From a bacterium (GTDB taxonomy: Bacteria; Hinthialibacterota; Hinthialibacteria; Hinthialibacterales; Hinthialibacteraceae), in contig JBHGBC010000037.1 in NCBI GenBank assembly GCA_041946805.1, forward strand, positions 1 to 43,027: a stretch of 43,027 bases of DNA, in the 5' to 3' direction. The stretch's first letter is position 1. Each line of letters begins with the position of its first letter. The notes beneath the pieces were generated by a model. It was not told the DNA's origin. It did no database searches and saw only the letters and a list, made by a program, of their open reading frames with translations. A program made the position numbers and the translations under genes. Shown in pieces: positions 38,678-43,027 of this stretch.

Positions 38678-41380
38678 TCACTTTCGGGCTTCGGCCACCA
38701 GCTCGGCCAATATATGCAGGGCGTCGATGGGAGAGAGGTTATCTGGATCGAGATCGGCCAGGCGGGCGCGCAGCGGCTCGTCGAGCATGCTGAAGAGGGA
38801 GATCTGAAATCCGCCGCCGTTATCGCGGGACGGCTGCAGGGCCAGATGTTCGCCGCGCTCCAGGCGCTGCAGGATCTTGCGGGCGCGGGCGGTGACCCGT
38901 TTGGGAACGCCCGCCAGGTCGGCCACGTGGATGCCGTACGAATGGTCGGTATAGCCGCGGCCGATGCGGTAGAGAAAGCGCACCGTGCCGCCTTCCTCGC
39001 TGACCTGGACGTGGTAATTGATCACGCGGCGGTGGGTTTCCTCGAGCGCGGCGAGTTCATGGTAATGCGTGGCGAAGAGGGTCTTGACGCCCTTGCCCCG
39101 CAGGCCGTGCAGATATTCGACGATGGCCCAGGCCAGGGAAATACCGTCGAAAGTGCTGGTTCCCCGGCCGATCTCGTCGAGGATGACGAGGCTGTTGGGC
39201 GTGGCGTGGGTGAGGATGTGGGCCGTCTCGCTCATTTCGACCATGAAGGTGGAGCGGCCGCGGGCGAGGTCGTCGGATGCGCCCACGCGGCTGAAGAGAC
39301 GGTCCACGAGGCCGATGGAGGCCGAGCGCGCGGGAATGAACGAACCCATCTGGGCCATCAGGGTAATCAGCGCCACCTGGCGGATGTAGGTGGATTTCCC
39401 CGCCATGTTGGGGCCGGTGATAATGAGGATCTGCTCGTTATCCTGGTCGAGGCGGCAGTCGTTGGGGACAAAGGATTCCACCACCGCGGCCCGTTCGAGA
39501 ACCGGATGGCGGCCTTCGCGGATTTCGATGAGGCCCGAGCCGTTCACCTCGGGACAAACATAGCCGTTCCGGGACGCGGCCTCGGCCAGGCTTTGCAGCA
39601 CGTCCAGGCGGGCGAGTTGCCGCGCCACGCTTTTGAGGCGGGGACCGTAGCCGCGGACCGCTTCGAGCAGTTTCTGGAGCAGTTCGAATTCCAGTTCGCG
39701 GATGCGGTCCTCGGCATGGAGGATCTTGGCCTCGAATTCCTTGAGTTCCGAGGTGATGAAGCGTTCGGCATGGGTCAGGGTCTGCTTGCGGATATACGTT
39801 TCGGGAACTTTGTCCTTGTGCGTGTTGGTGACCTCGATGTAATAGCCGAATACTTTGTTGTACGCCACCCGCAGCGAGGGGATGCCGGTGCGGGCGCGTT
39901 CCTGTTCCTGCAGTTGGGCGAGGTAGCCGCGGCCGTCCTTGCGCATGGCGCGGAGTTCGTCGAGTTCCCGGTCGTAGCCGTCGCGGATCATGCCGCCTTC
40001 GCGGACGGTGAGGGGCGGATCGTCCACCAGGGCCGCCGCCAGCAGCTCGCGGATTTCCATCACCGGGTCGATCAATTCACCCGTGGGGGAGACAAATTCG
40101 GGTACGGTTGCGGCCTCTTCTTCACGAAACAAAGCCCGCCGGATGGCGGGGATTTCGCCGGTTTCCTGCAGCAGCACGCTGATGCGGGGCAGTTGCTCGA
40201 GCGACAGGCGGAGGCCCACCAGGTCGCGGGCGCTGGCGTTGCCGAAGGTCACGCGGCCCAGGAGGCGTTCGAGGTCGTGGACGGAGCGCAGGCCTTGACG
40301 CAGTTCCTCGCGGAGGTTGGGCCGTTCCACCAGCAGGCGGACGATCGACTGGCGGGCGCGGATTTTTTCGAGATCGAGCAGAGGCCGGAGAATCCACTGT
40401 TTCAGCAGGCGGCCGCCCATGGCGGTGGCGGTGAGGTCGAGCACGCCCAGGAGGGAAAATTTCTTGCCGCCCTCGCCGGTGGAAGCGAGCAGTTCCAGGT
40501 TGCGTTCGGTGTTTTTATCGATCACCATGAATCCGCCGCGGCGGTAGAGTTCCAGCGAACGGATGTAGCCGAGGGTCTCTTTTTGATGCGCGTCCAGGTA
40601 CGACAGGATGGCGGCCGCGGCGGCAAGGTAGAGTTCCCGGTCCGCCGGGGGCCGCTTGAGATCCGCGGCGGTCACGATTTCCACGCCCCGCGCCTCGAAC
40701 TCCGGAACCGAAAACGCCCCGGCGGGCAGGCCGGTGATCAGGCAATCGGCCTGGGCGCGGAGTTGTTTCTTGAGTTCTTCATCCCGCGCGGCTGATTCCT
40801 CCACGAGGATTTCGCTGGGATTGAGAGTGCCCAATTCAGCCAGGATGGAGCGCCAGCCTTCCGGTCCGTTTTCCCACGTGGCCCGGAATTCGCCGGTGGT
40901 GACGTCCACGCTGGCCAGGCCCCAGCCCGCCAGCCCGCCGTCGAACAGCGCGGCGAGGAAGTTGTTCTCTTTCCCGTCGATGACATCGGAATCGATGATG
41001 GTTCCCGGCGAGATGGTGCGGATCAATTCGCGGTGGATGATTTTCTTGCCCTTCTGGGGCTGTTCCATCTGCTCACAGACCGCCACCCGGTAACCGAGAC
41101 GGGTGAGGCGGTAGATGTAGTTCTGCGCGGCGTGATAGGGGATGCCGGCGAGGGGAACGGTCTGGCCCTTGCCCGCCGGTTTGCGCGTCAGAACGATGTC
41201 CAATAGTTCCGACGCCTTGACCGCGTCGTCCATGAACATCTCATAGAAATCGCCACAGCGGAAAAACAGGATCGCGTCCCCGCACCGCTCCTTCATGGCG
41301 AGGTATTGCCGCATCATGGGCGATATGTCTTCCGCGTCGATCGCATTCGTATGCGGCGGATTGGGCATGAGTTTGTTCAT
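38678..41380 (-). CDS. mutS: DNA mismatch repair protein MutS
   Basis: SPMMRQY, GDFYEMF, ITGPNMAGKSTYIRQ, STFMVEM, DEIGRGTST, FATHYHEL, SYGIHVA; start 41380 or 41368. Confidence 0.97.
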   Translation of the reverse strand: MNKLMPNPPHTNAIDAEDISPMMRQYLAMKERCGDAILFFRCGDFYEMFMDDAVKASELLDIVLTRKPAGKGQTVPLAGIPYHAAQNYIYRLTRLGYRVAVCEQMEQPQKGKKIIHRELIRTISPGTIIDSDVIDGKENNFLAALFDGGLAGWGLASVDVTTGEFRATWENGPEGWRSILAELGTLNPSEILVEESAARDEELKKQLRAQADCLITGLPAGAFSVPEFEARGVEIVTAADLKRPPADRELYLAAAAAILSYLDAHQKETLGYIRSLELYRRGGFMVIDKNTERNLELLASTGEGGKKFSLLGVLDLTATAMGGRLLKQWILRPLLDLEKIRARQSIVRLLVERPNLREELRQGLRSVHDLERLLGRVTFGNASARDLVGLRLSLEQLPRISVLLQETGEIPAIRRALFREEEAATVPEFVSPTGELIDPVMEIRELLAAALVDDPPLTVREGGMIRDGYDRELDELRAMRKDGRGYLAQLQEQERARTGIPSLRVAYNKVFGYYIEVTNTHKDKVPETYIRKQTLTHAERFITSELKEFEAKILHAEDRIRELEFELLQKLLEAVRGYGPRLKSVARQLARLDVLQSLAEAASRNGYVCPEVNGSGLIEIREGRHPVLERAAVVESFVPNDCRLDQDNEQILIITGPNMAGKSTYIRQVALITLMAQMGSFIPARSASIGLVDRLFSRVGASDDLARGRSTFMVEMSETAHILTHATPNSLVILDEIGRGTSTFDGISLAWAIVEYLHGLRGKGVKTLFATHYHELAALEETHRRVINYHVQVSEEGGTVRFLYRIGRGYTDHSYGIHVADLAGVPKRVTARARKILQRLERGEHLALQPSRDNGGGFQISLFSMLDEPLRARLADLDPDNLSPIDALHILAELVAEARK

Positions 41381-41463
41381 GCGAAGCCTTGATCCTTGGA
41401 ATCGAGGGTGATGTTGACAGATTATCATAGCGCGGGACAGGGTGTTGGTTGAGATGGGAAAAG

Positions 41464-41504
41464 GTCTGAATCGGGATGATCCGGATGAACAAGATGACCA
41501 GGAT
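41464..41504 (+). repeat. 41-bp dispersed repeat, copy 2 (upstream of mutS)
   Basis: GTCTGAATCGGGATGATCCGGATGAACAAGATGACCAGGAT. Confidence 0.75.
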
Positions 41505-41631
41505 AAGGATTCGCGCCCAAGGTTCTAACCATTTCCGTAGAGATGGCAGGAGCACGTGGCCACGTGACCAACGGCAGTGGACAAGGGATTTTCACGTCGA
41601 ATCGGCATGATGAGGTGAAACGAAAGGTCTT

Positions 41632-41735
41632 CCCTCACCCCAGCCCTCTCCTGGAGGGAGAAGGAGAAGATACCTGGGCGGACACGAAGGTCCGCTCATA
41701 TAGAAGGCAACCGTCTCGGGCGGGCGCAACGCCGT
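41632..41735. repeat. Cluster of REP-like units
   Basis: Inverted CCCTCACCCCAGCCCTCTCC unit, GGGCGGAC-ACGAAG-GTCCGCTC palindrome, and an 18-mer that is the exact reverse complement of 12194-12211. Confidence 0.7.
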
Positions 41736-41850
41736 AAACCACCTTCCCTGATCCATAGTTGTCCTTTTCGTCCATTGTGTGCATATATCCTTCCCCGAAA
41801 ATCCGCTACAATGCGGTCACCAAATCCATTGCGAAGGGGAGATTCGAAAC

Positions 41851-42969
41851 ATGAAAAAGACCTGGGGATTGGTGTTGGTGCTGGTTTTCGGCCTGGGCTT
41901 GGCGGGGATGGCGGCGGAGGAACCGCAGCCGTTGGAGATCGGGGCGGCCGCGCCGGATTTCAGCCTGCCGGGCGTGGACGATAAAACGTATTCGCTGAAG
42001 GATTTCGCGGACGCCAAGGTGCTAGCGGTGATCTTCACCTGCAACCATTGCCCCACGGCGCAGGCCTACGAGGGGCGGATCATGAAGTTGGTCGAGGATT
42101 TCACCCCCAAGGGCGTGGCCTTCGTGGCCATCTCGCCGAACGATCCCCTGGCCTTGCGCCTGGACGAGCTGGGTTACACCGACCTGAGCGACTCCTTGGA
42201 GGAGATGAAGATCCGGGCGAAGGACCATCACTTCAACCTGCCATACTTGTATGACGGCGAGAACCAGGAAGTGTCCAAGAAATACGGTCCGGTGGCGACG
42301 CCTCACGCCTTCGTCTTCGATAAAGAACGCAAACTGCAATACCGCGGGCGGATCGACAACAACGAGAACGAAACCAAGGCCACATCGTTCGACCTGCGCA
42401 ACGCGTTGGAAGCCGTGCTGGCCGGCGCGCCGGTGCCCATCGACATCACCCGGCCGTTCGGATGCTCGATCAAGTGGAACGACAAACGCGGCTCGGTGAA
42501 AGAGTTCATGGAAAAACTGGCCAAGGAAGAGGTCAAGGTTCAATCCATCAGCGCGAAGGCGATCGCGGAGTTGGTGCAGAACCAATCGGAGAACTACCGG
42601 CTGATCAACGTTTGGGCCACGTGGTGCGGGCCCTGCGTGGCCGAGTTTCCCCAGTTGATGGAGATCAACCGCATGTACCGGCACCGCAACGTGGAGTTGA
42701 TCACCATCAGCGCCGATGACCCCAAGGACGGTGACAAGGTGCTGGCGTTTTTGAAGAAACAGCAGGCATCCAACACCAATTACCACTATTCGGGGATGGA
42801 GAAGGACGCCTTGATGGACGCGGTGGATTCGCAATGGGCCGGCGCGATTCCCCATACGATCCTGGTCAAGCCGGGCGGGGGGATCATCTACCGCCACACG
42901 GGCGGGATCGATCCGCTGGAAGTGAAGCGGGCCATCGTGGAGCGGATCGGCCGGACGTATAACAAATAA
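41851..42969 (+). CDS. Exported redoxin with two thioredoxin-fold domains (AhpC/TSA-like + TlpA-like)
   Basis: GGGGAG RBS, signal peptide, FTCNHCP...GCSIKW and NVWATWCGPC. Confidence 0.88.
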   Translation: MKKTWGLVLVLVFGLGLAGMAAEEPQPLEIGAAAPDFSLPGVDDKTYSLKDFADAKVLAVIFTCNHCPTAQAYEGRIMKLVEDFTPKGVAFVAISPNDPLALRLDELGYTDLSDSLEEMKIRAKDHHFNLPYLYDGENQEVSKKYGPVATPHAFVFDKERKLQYRGRIDNNENETKATSFDLRNALEAVLAGAPVPIDITRPFGCSIKWNDKRGSVKEFMEKLAKEEVKVQSISAKAIAELVQNQSENYRLINVWATWCGPCVAEFPQLMEINRMYRHRNVELITISADDPKDGDKVLAFLKKQQASNTNYHYSGMEKDALMDAVDSQWAGAIPHTILVKPGGGIIYRHTGGIDPLEVKRAIVERIGRTYNK

Positions 42970-43027
42970 CCTGCTTCCGTGAACCAAAATCCTAGTAAAA
43001 TCCTCTCAACACCTTGATAAATAATGA

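Noticed and set aside
17495..40795. Long antisense ORFs (e.g. 17495-19132, 19154-20692, 23901-25550, 25871-27439, 30357-32027, 38714-40795)
   Set aside because: They are shadow frames opposite well-supported genes, expected from high-GC codon bias.

Overview
GC-rich bacterial chromosomal window, about 24 genes. Housekeeping genes: trpC, proC, carA, carB, mutS, a larE-family sulfur transferase and an acyl-CoA ligase. Secreted modular proteins: two tandem metzincin proteases, a PPC-repeat protein, a LamG-repeat protein and a sulfatase-like protein, several with Pro/Thr linkers. There are also two Tat-exported oxidoreductases and many short REP-like palindromes in the intergenic spaces. No rRNA, tRNA, CRISPR array, transposase or integrase was recognised. 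Top finding: carB is cleanly split into two intact ORFs (501 + 606 aa) by a GxxExxY (PD-(D/E)xK) nuclease gene. That gene is bracketed by 28-bp imperfect inverted repeats, which could loop it out of the mRNA and bring the carB-N stop close to the carB-C start. Second finding: an uncharacterised minus-strand cluster in which two paralogous ~135-aa helical proteins flank a ~1145-aa helical-repeat lipoprotein and a 34-aa membrane peptide missing from the ORF track. All family calls come from motifs read by eye; no database search was run.
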